Of a DNA stretch of 64,000 bases, positions 9,965 through 20,352 are shown in pieces (position 1 is the first letter of the stretch; the number at the start of each line of letters is the position of its first letter). Under the pieces are notes generated by a model, which was not told where the DNA came from, did no database searches, and worked only from the letters and a program-made list of their open reading frames with translations. A program made the position numbers and the translations under genes. The stretch lies in NCBI GenBank assembly GCA_045635565.1, contig JAZTVX010000044.1:8261-72260 (forward strand), given 5' to 3'. The DNA comes from Alphaproteobacteria bacterium (GTDB lineage Bacteria > Pseudomonadota > Alphaproteobacteria > CAAHEQ01 > UBA3637).

Positions 9965-10003
9965 AAAAAAAACATCTCTGGCAGTTACTACAGAGATGTT
10001 TTT
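9965..10003 (-). terminator. rho-independent terminator of the AsmA-family gene
   Basis: ACATCTCTG / CAGAGATGT 9-bp stem, flanked by A8 on the plus strand, which is a U-run on the minus-strand RNA. Confidence 0.75.
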
Positions 10004-10022
10004 GTATTAAATATTATATATG

Positions 10023-13000
10023 TTAAGAGGCTCGTTTAATACTTCCTCGAAGTGTTGACGGCGTTTGAGGTAAATCCGTCTGATAATCTTCCAAGGATGT
10101 TTCTTCTTGTGGTATATTGACAGATGAATTATTTTCTCCGGAACGCATAATCTTCATACGAATATTGCGACTTTGTTCTGCTTTTCCTTTGGATGAAAAC
10201 GTCCATGGTTTAGCTGTTGTGTCCTTTGTATCACTAACTGATGCGTTAACGTGTTTGATTTCAGTCGGTTGTTGTATTTTGACATCAGATAGAATCGTTT
10301 GTTCGCTTTGAGTGGACGTATTTTCCATAACAGAAACAGTCGGCTGTTGTGTTTGATCCGATGAAACGGGTGTATCTTGTAAGTCGCTTTCTTGGGTAAT
10401 ATTCAAAGATAGAGGTTGAATGATTGTTGTTTTCGGATTGGTATCAAAACGTAAAACGTATTGATATCCTTTTACAACTTTCATATATGCCGACCGTGCC
10501 GTTCTCATTTGAAGATGGTGTTCTTCATCTGTTTCATTCGGATGGGCTTCATCGGCCAATTTATATAACAGTTGAGCGTATTTTTTTGTTGCAGGTGATA
10601 ATTTTTGAACGATTTCAATATCTGGATAAGCATCACGAATCCGTTCAATTTCCCGTTGCATTTCTTGTCCGCTCTTGCTAAACGCATGTAACTGTTTGCG
10701 ATCTTCAAAAAAACGGTCATTGATGGCTTCGGCAACGGCTTCTTCTGATTTTAAAATGGCTAAACGGGATTGTTCCGTCAGTTGGATAAATTCGGCATCT
10801 GTTAGATTTTCCTTAACGGATAAACCATTGATAAATTCCAAAGCATCTTGTGCATTTTCCAATAAGTACAAAGCCTTTTCATTATCACCTGTTTGAACTT
10901 TATTGCTTGCTTTTTCAACGGCTTTTCGGGCTTCAATAATGGCTTGGCGGATTTTTTCCTGTCGTTCCGTATGTGCAATAAGTGTGGCTTCTTCTTGTGC
11001 TTTTTGCTCCATTTTTTCAATGCGGGAATTGCTTTCTAACACAATATCCGATACTGAAGCAGATAAATCAACAAAATTCGGTTGATATTTTAATGATTTT
11101 GCCGGTCCTTTGACCGATAAGGCAAATGGTGGTAAATCTTTGTATTTTGTTAGTGTTAACGGTACATTTAACTGATAAGAATCATTATTCATATTCCATT
11201 GAATAGACATTGGATTTGATGTAAATGTTTGACCGGTTAACTCCGAATTAACGGCTTTTAAAATACCGTTTTCGATGGTAAATTTGCCATCAATTTTGTT
11301 GATTTGTGTTTTGCCGGAATTAAGCAAACGGTTAATTTCTTTGTCAAACACATTTTTAGGGATTCTGTGTGATAAGGCTCGTTCAATCAATGGTGTAACA
11401 CGATTGATATCCGTTCCGACCCAAACAGTATTGTCAAAAGTCAACTGACCGTTTCCGGTTAAGTTTTGTAACATAATTTGAGGAGAAACACCTGTTCCCG
11501 TTATATGTGCTTGCCATGTGACACTTCCGTCTCCGAAAGCCATGTCTTTTAAAGATAACAAATGAGACGGAACTGCCCAATTCTTTCCTGTGATGTCAAG
11601 AGTTACTTTAGGCGTTCCCTGCCAAGAAAGTGTTCCGGATGCTTTTAATTCTGATTTGGGTGAATTGATGTTGCCGGTTAATTCTTTGAGTGTTACTGTT
11701 TTGTTGATTCCGTCAACAGACCATTCCATAACAGCATTTTTCAATTCATAATCTTGATATAATAATTGAGCTGTTTTAATTTTTATCTGATGATTTAAGT
11801 TATCATACACTTTAAAATTAAATGCTCTTTTTGATTTTTGTCCGTGCCATTCAATTCCTTTCAAATCATTCCAAATGAAATTATCAACATTGAAAGACGG
11901 TGTTTCAATATTCATGACCAATTCAGCAATTTTACCTGGGACATAAGACCCGTTAATAAGGAGATTGTTTGAACCGATTTTTATTTCTCCTTTTGTGAAG
12001 TTAAATTTTTCTCGTGATCCGTTTAATGTTAATTTTAATAAAAATTCACCGTTCAAAGATGTGTTTAACCCATTTAAATCCACGATATCGTGTGAAAAAC
12101 GTTTGAAGTCGGGATATGAAAGCGATACATTCATGTCTTTGTATTGCACCGGAGTGGTATTTGTATCAATTTGACCATTGAGCTTAAAACTTAAATCTTC
12201 TGTTTCGGTATTAGATAACATTGACCAAATTTGATTTTTTTCATTTAATGTCAAGTCTGTTTTAAACGCGGATAACTTTGTGAATTTTTCAGGGAAAATC
12301 AAGTCTGTTTTGTCCATGAATAAATCCATTTGAGGCGTTGTAAATGATGCTTTTAACTCGTCAATAGATAATTTATCAGATTTAATACCCGAAACAATTG
12401 CTGACGTTTCTAATTGAGCATTGGCTAAATCTGTTGCTTTTAATTTATTGATTTTTAAAGTATTGTCAGTTACTTCTCCGACAAGCAATACATGTCCGAC
12501 AGGAATTTTTTGGAAAATAACATTTGTCATATCCATATCAAATGTTCCGTTTATATTTTTCAATATTTCTAAGTTGTTAATATAATCTTTGGATGAGGCA
12601 ATCAAATGCAAGATATTGGTATTCCCTTGTCTTTTGTGATTAAACAATGTATCAAAATCAATGTTTTTAATATGCAGTTTTGATTTGACAATCGGCAGAT
12701 TTTCCGTTTTTTGGTAATGGATAGTTCCATTCATTTTTGTTTTACCGAGAGTTAATTCCTGAAAATCAACTTCTCTGATATTCGGGAAAATAGTGACACC
12801 TCCCTTAAAAGAGGCTTTTTGAGGTAGGTTAATCGATACATTGTCCATTGACATTTGTTGGAGCAAATCGTTTAAATTTTCTGATTGAGCCGTTAGCATT
12901 AACGTTAAACCGGTTTGTTCATTTTGATTAACGGAACCTCCGTCAAAATTTAATTCTGTTTTGCCTGCTAAAGAAATTTTACCACCATTGATAATGAAAC

Positions 13001-14165
13001 GAGAACCTTTTTTGGCAATGTCTAAATGTAAATTTTTGGCTTTTACTTCATCGTATATAAAATCCTGTGCATTTATTTTTAACACAACATCGGCTTCTTT
13101 GGGATTTGTCAGATACTGCCAGTTTAATTCAGACAAAAAGTCTTTCCATTGATTGTATTCAAAACGGTTAATGGCTAATGTGGCATTATATGACAATTTC
13201 GCACTTTTTTCGCGGTTAAGTGAACCTGTTACCGTTACGGCATCATCTTGTTCTCCGAAACGAATAGTGAAACTTTTGAATAAATCGGCACCATTGGCTG
13301 ATTCATATGTTAAATTACCGTAAGATGGTACATTGAGTTCTTTGCTAAATGATTTATAGCCGAAGATATTTAAAAAATCATTTGGTCTTTTTATACCAAA
13401 ATTGCCTTCAGCCATGATTTGTAAAGTTTGTTTTTGACTTGGGGTAATCGTTCCATTAAAATTTAAGGAGAAATTATCATCTTCACCATTGACATCCAAA
13501 GAAAACGGTACTTGAGTATCGTTGACTAATTGCTGGATTTTTAAAACAGCCGTGGCTGTTTTGTCTTGTGCTTTAAATGTTCCCGAGAATGTAAATGGTC
13601 CGATAAGCGATTGGGCGGATAAATTACCATTGATGTTGCTGATAATCAATTTACCCTGATTAATATTGTTGTTATATTCAATTGTCCCGTTTTGGATAAC
13701 AAGTGTTTCAACACGCATATGAGATTTCGTATCTTCCAATCCGTAAAGGTCTAAATTCTCGGTGCTGTTGTATAGAAAGGGGAAATTCCAGTTGACGTGT
13801 GTTGCATCTGTTCTTTCTAAAAAAAGTGTTGGGTTTTCAATGTCAATTTTTTTAATGGCCGACGTATTGCCAATTAAGGAAGACCATTCAATTTCAATGC
13901 CGACACGGTTGGCACGTAACATCACATTTCGATGCGCATCTTTAGCATTCGCTAATGTGACATCATTCATAACGATTTTAGGGATAGGAAACCATGAAAC
14001 GTATGTTGCTCCCATAACATTAAATTCCCGTCCGGTCATTTCCGAAATGCTTTGCACAATTTGTTTTTGGAATGTATCCGAATTGAAAGAACGGATTGCG
14101 ATGAATCCTACCAAACCAATTAAAATAAAAATAAAGAATAATAATGTTAAGAAAAATTTTTTCAT
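10023..14165 (-). CDS. AsmA-family (AsmA/TamB/YhdP-like) envelope protein with long C-terminal coiled-coil/low-complexity tail
   Basis: N-terminal anchor plus AsmA-type start (FIAIRSFNSDTFQKQIVQSISEMTGREFNV...SWFPIPKIVMNDVTL), then ~1000 aa of beta-rich sequence. The last ~330 aa are helical, Glu-rich, then Ser/Thr/Gln-rich. Confidence 0.75.
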   Translation of the reverse strand: MKKFFLTLLFFIFILIGLVGFIAIRSFNSDTFQKQIVQSISEMTGREFNVMGATYVSWFPIPKIVMNDVTLANAKDAHRNVMLRANRVGIEIEWSSLIGNTSAIKKIDIENPTLFLERTDATHVNWNFPFLYNSTENLDLYGLEDTKSHMRVETLVIQNGTIEYNNNINQGKLIISNINGNLSAQSLIGPFTFSGTFKAQDKTATAVLKIQQLVNDTQVPFSLDVNGEDDNFSLNFNGTITPSQKQTLQIMAEGNFGIKRPNDFLNIFGYKSFSKELNVPSYGNLTYESANGADLFKSFTIRFGEQDDAVTVTGSLNREKSAKLSYNATLAINRFEYNQWKDFLSELNWQYLTNPKEADVVLKINAQDFIYDEVKAKNLHLDIAKKGSRFIINGGKISLAGKTELNFDGGSVNQNEQTGLTLMLTAQSENLNDLLQQMSMDNVSINLPQKASFKGGVTIFPNIREVDFQELTLGKTKMNGTIHYQKTENLPIVKSKLHIKNIDFDTLFNHKRQGNTNILHLIASSKDYINNLEILKNINGTFDMDMTNVIFQKIPVGHVLLVGEVTDNTLKINKLKATDLANAQLETSAIVSGIKSDKLSIDELKASFTTPQMDLFMDKTDLIFPEKFTKLSAFKTDLTLNEKNQIWSMLSNTETEDLSFKLNGQIDTNTTPVQYKDMNVSLSYPDFKRFSHDIVDLNGLNTSLNGEFLLKLTLNGSREKFNFTKGEIKIGSNNLLINGSYVPGKIAELVMNIETPSFNVDNFIWNDLKGIEWHGQKSKRAFNFKVYDNLNHQIKIKTAQLLYQDYELKNAVMEWSVDGINKTVTLKELTGNINSPKSELKASGTLSWQGTPKVTLDITGKNWAVPSHLLSLKDMAFGDGSVTWQAHITGTGVSPQIMLQNLTGNGQLTFDNTVWVGTDINRVTPLIERALSHRIPKNVFDKEINRLLNSGKTQINKIDGKFTIENGILKAVNSELTGQTFTSNPMSIQWNMNNDSYQLNVPLTLTKYKDLPPFALSVKGPAKSLKYQPNFVDLSASVSDIVLESNSRIEKMEQKAQEEATLIAHTERQEKIRQAIIEARKAVEKASNKVQTGDNEKALYLLENAQDALEFINGLSVKENLTDAEFIQLTEQSRLAILKSEEAVAEAINDRFFEDRKQLHAFSKSGQEMQREIERIRDAYPDIEIVQKLSPATKKYAQLLYKLADEAHPNETDEEHHLQMRTARSAYMKVVKGYQYVLRFDTNPKTTIIQPLSLNITQESDLQDTPVSSDQTQQPTVSVMENTSTQSEQTILSDVKIQQPTEIKHVNASVSDTKDTTAKPWTFSSKGKAEQSRNIRMKIMRSGENNSSVNIPQEETSLEDYQTDLPQTPSTLRGSIKRAS

Positions 14166-14257
14166 GTTTCACCCTATATTAACTAATTTATTTTTTTTAT
14201 ACATAATTTATCAAAAAAATAAAAGCGTTTTTTGTATTGATTTTATGTTTTTTTCTT

Positions 14258-15721
14258 TTAAACATTTCTTTTCCAGAAAAAGGGAACAAATAAAATATAA
14301 ACAGCCACAAATTCTAATCGACCGATAATCATCATAAAGGCAAAAACGTATTTTCCGACAGTTGGGAAATTTGAAAATGTTTTATCAGGACCAATAATAT
14401 CTCCTAATGCCGGACCGATATTAGATAATGCCGAAATGGCTCCTGATATGGCAGTTAAAGCGTCCAGATTACACAGAGATAAGATAATGGAACCGATGCC
14501 GGCACTGATAGCATATAATCCGAAAAAGACCAAGACCCCACTGATGACTTCTTCACTAATCGGTTTGTTGCCGTAACGAGGAATGAAAATACCATGGGGT
14601 TGAACAGAACGTTTCAATTTTGTATGAATAGCTTTAAATAAAATACTGTAACGAAACATTTTAATCCCACCGGACGTTGAACCAGTACAAGCCCCGGTTA
14701 ACATCATCAGTAAAAAGACAACAGAAGCATATAGTCCCCATGTTTCATAGTTATCTGTTACAAAACCGGTTGATGACATAATGGAAACCACGTCAAATGT
14801 TGTCGTGCGTAAAATGGCAGACAGTTGACCATTATCAAAATGAACATCATGCCAACGAACGGCAATTAAAAACAAAATAACACCGATAACCGACCAAAAA
14901 TAGAGTTTGATTTGCTCATCGTTTCGAATCGTGTCAAAATGTCTGCGAACCAGTAAAATCCCCATCATCAAAGGTAATCCGCCAATGAACATAAAGAATA
15001 TTAAAATCCATTCAATAGTTGAAGAACGAAAATAACCGATTGATTCGTTATGCGTTGAAAAACCACCTGTTGCCGCTGTTGTTAAAGCATGGTTAATGGC
15101 ATCAAAAGGGGTCATACCTGCTATCCATAAACATAAACCACATGCAATGGTAATAATAATGAAATAAGTTAAAATACCCAGAACATTTTGAGCAATGGTC
15201 GGCATGTCACGATTTGATTCACCACTTGTTTCGATGTTGAAGAGTTGCATGCCACCGATTTGTAATGACGGTAAAATTAAAATAGCAACCACCAATATTC
15301 CCAAGCCTCCCATCCACTGCATCACGGAACGCCACAGCAAAACACCGACAGGTAATTGTTCTAAATCGCTGAATATAGTCGCACCGGTTGTCGTTAATCC
15401 GGAAGTTGCTTCAAAAAAAGCATCCGTAAAAGAAATATTAACCGGTGAAAAATACAGTGGAAAAGCACAAAGCAAGGTAAAAATAAGCCAAATAACCCCT
15501 GTTGCAAAAAACATTTCTTTAACTTTAAGTGGTGAGTGGGGAGTATCGGTTATCAGCCAACCGATTAACCCAAACGCCAGACATAAACCGGCACATAAAG
15601 CAAAAATAGAAGCAGATTTCAAGTCATTGTTTATCCAATCGGCGATAGCCGGAAAAATCATCATGAAACCGCTTAACATGACTAAAAAACTGACAATGGA
15701 TAAAATGAGTTTAAAACGCAT
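14258..15721 (-). CDS. trkH: Trk-type potassium uptake protein TrkH
   Basis: Polytopic membrane protein with TrkH motifs (TGGFSTHNESIGYF, SGGIKMFR). I use the ATG at 15721 (MRFKLILS...), which gives a typical length of ~487 aa. The ORF track start is 15772. Confidence 0.88.
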   Translation of the reverse strand: MRFKLILSIVSFLVMLSGFMMIFPAIADWINNDLKSASIFALCAGLCLAFGLIGWLITDTPHSPLKVKEMFFATGVIWLIFTLLCAFPLYFSPVNISFTDAFFEATSGLTTTGATIFSDLEQLPVGVLLWRSVMQWMGGLGILVVAILILPSLQIGGMQLFNIETSGESNRDMPTIAQNVLGILTYFIIITIACGLCLWIAGMTPFDAINHALTTAATGGFSTHNESIGYFRSSTIEWILIFFMFIGGLPLMMGILLVRRHFDTIRNDEQIKLYFWSVIGVILFLIAVRWHDVHFDNGQLSAILRTTTFDVVSIMSSTGFVTDNYETWGLYASVVFLLMMLTGACTGSTSGGIKMFRYSILFKAIHTKLKRSVQPHGIFIPRYGNKPISEEVISGVLVFFGLYAISAGIGSIILSLCNLDALTAISGAISALSNIGPALGDIIGPDKTFSNFPTVGKYVFAFMMIIGRLEFVAVYILFVPFFWKRNV

Positions 15722-15850
15722 GACTTCCTCATAAATTCCACTTATCATAATGTTTTTTATTCTTAAAATCAATTAAAAAAGGAAATTTAACATGAAAAGG
15801 TCATTTTGAGTGATTTTTCTTGACGAAAGAAGGCGATTTGTTTAAACTAT

Positions 15851-16582
15851 ATGCCAGAAAACAAAAAGGAAAAGTGCGTGTTTTATTTTGATGCTCATTG
15901 CCATGTATTACCATTAAAACAGATGAAGCGTTCTGCTGATGCAGGTGTATCATATTTTATCTGTAATGCTACACAACCGAATGATTGGTTGCCAGTTATT
16001 GATTTGGCAGGGCAAGTGGCAGGTGTTTATCCGTGTATTGGCGTTCATCCGTGGTTTATTGATACTTTGCCGAGTGATTGGCTGATACAAATGCAATTAT
16101 TGTTGGAAAAACATCCTTCGCTTATGATTGGTGAAATCGGATTGGACGGTACAAAGCCGTGTTTAACCAAACAGGCAGAGATCTTTGAAACATGTCTTAA
16201 ATTGGCACGTCAGTATAAACGTCCTGTTCACATTCACGGACACAAGGCATGGGTTCATATTTTAGATATATTGACTTGTTTTCCTGATGTTCAATGTTTG
16301 TTTCATCGTTTTTCGGGAAGTGAAGTGCAGGCACGCCAATTATCCGATGTTACAAATGCCTATTTTTCGGTTATGACGGCAAAACCGTTGCGTTACTTGC
16401 CATCAGATAGGATTTTAATTGAAAGTGATTCGCCTGATGGGTTACACAAACCGATACGTGTGGTTGAATTGGCCGAACGCTTGGGATTGGATTGGTTTCA
16501 ACTCAATCAGAATTTTTGTTCTTTTATCGGCAACCGATTGCCGTTTAAAGGTAATTGTCCAACTGATGGTGTTGAGGATTAA
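15851..16582 (+). CDS. TatD-family metal-dependent hydrolase
   Basis: N-terminal FDAHCH metal motif, HIHGH, and C-terminal ESDSP motif. 243 aa. Confidence 0.8.
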   Translation: MPENKKEKCVFYFDAHCHVLPLKQMKRSADAGVSYFICNATQPNDWLPVIDLAGQVAGVYPCIGVHPWFIDTLPSDWLIQMQLLLEKHPSLMIGEIGLDGTKPCLTKQAEIFETCLKLARQYKRPVHIHGHKAWVHILDILTCFPDVQCLFHRFSGSEVQARQLSDVTNAYFSVMTAKPLRYLPSDRILIESDSPDGLHKPIRVVELAERLGLDWFQLNQNFCSFIGNRLPFKGNCPTDGVED

Positions 16583-16585
16583 ACA

Positions 16586-17368
16586 ATGGATACGGCCAAT
16601 TTGAATGTGACGGATGAAACAGATTGTCATGTAATACGCCAACAAATGCACAATCGTACTGAGTTGCTTTTGGGGCAGGAGGGATTAAAACGGCTTGCTC
16701 AGTCACATGTTATGGTTATTGGTTGTGGTGCTGTCGGTGGTATGGCGATAGAGGCGTTGGCTCGTTCAGGTATCGGTCGGTTGACAGTTGTTGATTTTGA
16801 TGTTTTCTCGCCCAGTAATTTAAATCGGCAGATTTTAGCCACAACCGATGTATTGGCTCATTCAAAAACACACGTTGCCAAACAACGGATTCACTCGATT
16901 GATTCCACAATTCAAGTGATTGAAAAAAACATGTTGGTTTCGGCAGATAACGTGGATTCATTATTTAAAGAACCGGTTGATTTTGTGATAGACGCTATTG
17001 ATTCGTTGAATGCTAAAACGAATTTGATTGCATATCTGGTTGCACATCACATACCGTTTGTATCTTCTATGGGTGCGGCATTAAAAACGGATATGAAACG
17101 TATTCAAATGACACAAATGAAAAAAACGATTCAATGTCCGTTAGCATCATTTTTACGGAAACGGTTAAGACGACGAGGGATTGATATGTCTTTTCCCGTT
17201 GTTTATTCCGACGAATGTGTTTCTGATAAGATTCATTTAGGACAAGAAGATGTTGAAAGCAACCGTCGAACCATGGGTTCGATGATGACGGTTACAGGCA
17301 TGTTTGGATTGATGTGTGCCCATTATGTGATTATGCAATTGTTACAGGAAAGTACGAAAGATGAGTGA
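16586..17368 (+). CDS. tcdA: tRNA threonylcarbamoyladenosine dehydratase (ThiF/HesA family, TcdA/CsdL-like)
   Basis: VIGCGAVGG Rossmann motif, VVDFDVFSPSNLNRQ, DAIDSLNAKTNLI. Length and pattern match TcdA. Confidence 0.75.
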   Translation: MDTANLNVTDETDCHVIRQQMHNRTELLLGQEGLKRLAQSHVMVIGCGAVGGMAIEALARSGIGRLTVVDFDVFSPSNLNRQILATTDVLAHSKTHVAKQRIHSIDSTIQVIEKNMLVSADNVDSLFKEPVDFVIDAIDSLNAKTNLIAYLVAHHIPFVSSMGAALKTDMKRIQMTQMKKTIQCPLASFLRKRLRRRGIDMSFPVVYSDECVSDKIHLGQEDVESNRRTMGSMMTVTGMFGLMCAHYVIMQLLQESTKDE

Positions 17369-19745
17369 TATTTTTAAATTAGATGAACCGGATATGGATT
17401 TTAATCCGTTAGATGAAGCCGTTGATGAATTTTTGAAATCATCAGTGCCGACACCATCATTTTTAGATGATTTAAATCCCGAACAACGTCAAGCTGTTGA
17501 AACAACTCAAGGCCCTGTTTTGGTTTTATCGGGTGCCGGTACGGGTAAAACAAAAGTGTTGACAACACGGGTTGCTTATATCATTCATCAACGGTTGGCA
17601 ATGCCCTGGCAAATATTGGCTGTAACATTTACGAACAAAGCATCTAAAGAAATGAAATCCCGATTGGAACGGTTGATTGGATCTGATGCTTTTTCTGTTT
17701 GGTTGGGTACGTTTCATGCAATTGGTATTAAAATTTTGCGTAAACATGCCGAAAAAGTGAATTTGAGTTCTAATTTTATTGTTTTGGGTTCTGATGATCA
17801 GGAAAGATTACTCAAAAATTTAATGCAGGAAGCCGGTGTTGATATCAAAAAATATACGCCGGCGAGTTTGTTGGAAATTATCCAACGTTGGAAGGATAAG
17901 GGGTTATTGCCTGAACAGGTCACGTCTGCTTATCAGACATCGTTTTGTAATGGGCAAGCACTTTATTTTTATAAACAATATCAACAAAAATTATCATTAC
18001 TTAATGCTGTTGATTTTGGTGATTTGCTTTTGTTACCATTAGCATTGTTTCAGGCTAATCCTGATGTGTTGGCACAATATCAGCAACAATTTAAATATAT
18101 TTTAGTTGATGAATATCAGGATACAAACGTTGCTCAATATTTATTATTACGATTATTGGCAAAAAAACATAATAATATTTGTTGTGTTGGTGATGATGAC
18201 CAATCTATTTATTCATGGCGAGGGGCAGAAGTTGAAAATATTTTAAATTTCCAAACGACATATCCCGACGCTGTTGTCGTTCGATTGGAACGAAATTATC
18301 GTTCCACAACGCATATTTTAGGGGCTGCATCCGGTTTGATATCCAATAATTCCGGTCGATTGGGTAAAACGCTCAAACCGGCAAATGAAAAAGAAAATCA
18401 GGGAGACCATGTTTTAATCAAAGGATTTTATAACGGTAATCAAGAAGCCGAATACATTGTTGAAACAATTGAAGCCGAACAAAAGAAGGGAATAGCCCTG
18501 TCTGATATGGCTATTTTAGTTCGGGCAACGTTTCAGACACGCTTGTTTGAAGAAGTGTTAATGCGACATGGTGTTTCTTATAAAATTATCGGTGGTTTTA
18601 AATTTTATGAACGGGAAGAAATTAAAGATGCTATTGCTTATTTGCGACTTGTTTTAAATACCGATGATGATTTGGCATTTATGCGTATTGTTAACAAGCC
18701 GAAAAGGGGTATCGGTCCACAAGCCATGGAGGCATTGGAACAAACAACCCGTGAAAAGCATATCAGTTTATTTGATGCTATTGCATGGGCATCCCTTCGG
18801 CCGGCTGTTCGTAAAACCCTCGATTCATTTGTGTTGACGATTAAACGGGCACGGGAACTGTTACAAACGGAAAGTCCTGCCGACATGGCGAAAACGTTAT
18901 TAGAAGAAAGCGGGTATGTTCAAATGTGGCGATTGGATAAATCTCCCGAATCGGAAGGGCGTATTGAAAATATTCGTGAATTATATACGGTTTTATCCGA
19001 TTTTGAAGATATACAATCTTTTATTGAATATACATCGCTTGTTATGGATACAGATGAAAATGTAACCGATGATCAATTGGTTGTGATGACATTACATGCG
19101 TCCAAAGGCTTAGAATTTTATGAAGTGTTTTTAGCCGGTTGGGAAGAGGGATTGTTTCCTCATCAAAAAACATTAGATGAAACGGGTGATGTTGGTTTGG
19201 AAGAAGAACGTCGTTTAGCGTATGTCGGTATGACACGGGCAAAACGAAAATTAACGATTTCATTTGCAAACAATCGTCGTATGTATGGTCAATGGATTAA
19301 CGCATTGCCGAGCCGTTTTATTGAGGAATTACCTCAACAGCACATTCAAACAGATACCTATTTCCGTCGAACGGAACGATATGGTTATGATACGCCAACA
19401 CCGGCATGGGGATACCCCACTTTAAATGATGGTCAAAAAAGTTATTCAAAACGCAATCGTTTATTTGATGACGATGAAGACTATGAAACAAAACAAGATG
19501 AACGCCCCATCAGCAAATGGGATAGGGAATCATTAACAACAACTTCTTCGGATTATTTTATACCACGCCCCCAAAAGACGTACAAAACAGTTCCGTCTTC
19601 ATCATCGAGGCGGGTTGGACGACGGGTTCGTCATGAAACGTTTGGAACGGGAACGGTTATACGTGAAGATGGAGAACGATTGGATATTCGTTTTGATTCA
19701 GGTCAGATAAAGAAAATTATGGCTCGTTTTGTAGAAGCAGAATAA
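17361..19745 (+). CDS. uvrD: ATP-dependent DNA helicase UvrD/PcrA family
   Basis: SF1 helicase motifs GAGTGKT, DEYQDTN, TLHASKGLEF, YVGMTRAK, and a C-terminal Tudor-like tail (VRHETFGTGTV). Confidence 0.92.
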   Translation: MSDIFKLDEPDMDFNPLDEAVDEFLKSSVPTPSFLDDLNPEQRQAVETTQGPVLVLSGAGTGKTKVLTTRVAYIIHQRLAMPWQILAVTFTNKASKEMKSRLERLIGSDAFSVWLGTFHAIGIKILRKHAEKVNLSSNFIVLGSDDQERLLKNLMQEAGVDIKKYTPASLLEIIQRWKDKGLLPEQVTSAYQTSFCNGQALYFYKQYQQKLSLLNAVDFGDLLLLPLALFQANPDVLAQYQQQFKYILVDEYQDTNVAQYLLLRLLAKKHNNICCVGDDDQSIYSWRGAEVENILNFQTTYPDAVVVRLERNYRSTTHILGAASGLISNNSGRLGKTLKPANEKENQGDHVLIKGFYNGNQEAEYIVETIEAEQKKGIALSDMAILVRATFQTRLFEEVLMRHGVSYKIIGGFKFYEREEIKDAIAYLRLVLNTDDDLAFMRIVNKPKRGIGPQAMEALEQTTREKHISLFDAIAWASLRPAVRKTLDSFVLTIKRARELLQTESPADMAKTLLEESGYVQMWRLDKSPESEGRIENIRELYTVLSDFEDIQSFIEYTSLVMDTDENVTDDQLVVMTLHASKGLEFYEVFLAGWEEGLFPHQKTLDETGDVGLEEERRLAYVGMTRAKRKLTISFANNRRMYGQWINALPSRFIEELPQQHIQTDTYFRRTERYGYDTPTPAWGYPTLNDGQKSYSKRNRLFDDDEDYETKQDERPISKWDRESLTTTSSDYFIPRPQKTYKTVPSSSSRRVGRRVRHETFGTGTVIREDGERLDIRFDSGQIKKIMARFVEAE

Positions 19746-19811
19746 CCTATTCTAATGAATTGATTGACTTGATATGAAATGTCCCTATCTGATAAGGAAA
19801 GGGAGATTGAT

Positions 19812-20144
19812 ATGAAACATAATCAAAAAGTACGGTTATCAATATTACAATGCAAACAGTTGTGTTTAATGCATAGTATTCCTGTTTTGCTGACATATAA
19901 GCGACCTTATATTATTTCATATCCCCGACCGAAGGAATTGACATATCATGTACCGACTACCGATTCGGAACACCATTTACAAGGACTTGATTGTTCAGGG
20001 CAGGGGCATTGTCAACCGAATATGGAAAATACGACAGGTGAAGAAATGCAAGCCTATTTAGTTAAAGCAAATCGTTCATCAGGGGCTAGAAAACGGCAAC
20101 AACGACAACGCAAAAATCAAAATATTTCCTCATCTGATGATTAA
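19812..20144 (+). CDS. small hypothetical protein with basic C-terminal tail
   Basis: GGGAG precedes ATG 19812 (the ORF track start is 19779). No family recognised, and it may not be expressed. Confidence 0.3.
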   Translation: MKHNQKVRLSILQCKQLCLMHSIPVLLTYKRPYIISYPRPKELTYHVPTTDSEHHLQGLDCSGQGHCQPNMENTTGEEMQAYLVKANRSSGARKRQQRQRKNQNISSSDD

Positions 20145-20295
20145 GAGATAATATGTATAAAAATCAAATGGTTGTGTTTTCTTCGTCGAGTAAGTTTTTT
20201 GATAAATTTTTGCTGTGTTGTTCTGTAAGTTTATTTGTCGGTATGGATTGTTTTAATCCATACCGTTCACATGGGTTGTTTGATGACAATATATT

Positions 20296-20328
20296 AAAAA
20301 AAACGCATATTTTATATGCGTTTTTTTA
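20296..20328. terminator. bidirectional rho-independent terminator
   Basis: A8-CGCATAT-TTT-ATATGCG-T7, between convergent genes. Confidence 0.75.
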
Positions 20329-20352
20329 ATTGATGTATCGTTACTTTGTTTG

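Noticed and set aside
13762-14328. 188-aa plus-strand ORF
   Set aside because: It lies antisense to the 5' end of the AsmA-family gene and runs into the trkH 3' end. It has no SD and a low-complexity antisense composition.
15195-15734. 179-aa plus-strand ORF
   Set aside because: It lies entirely antisense within trkH, whose coding assignment is secure.
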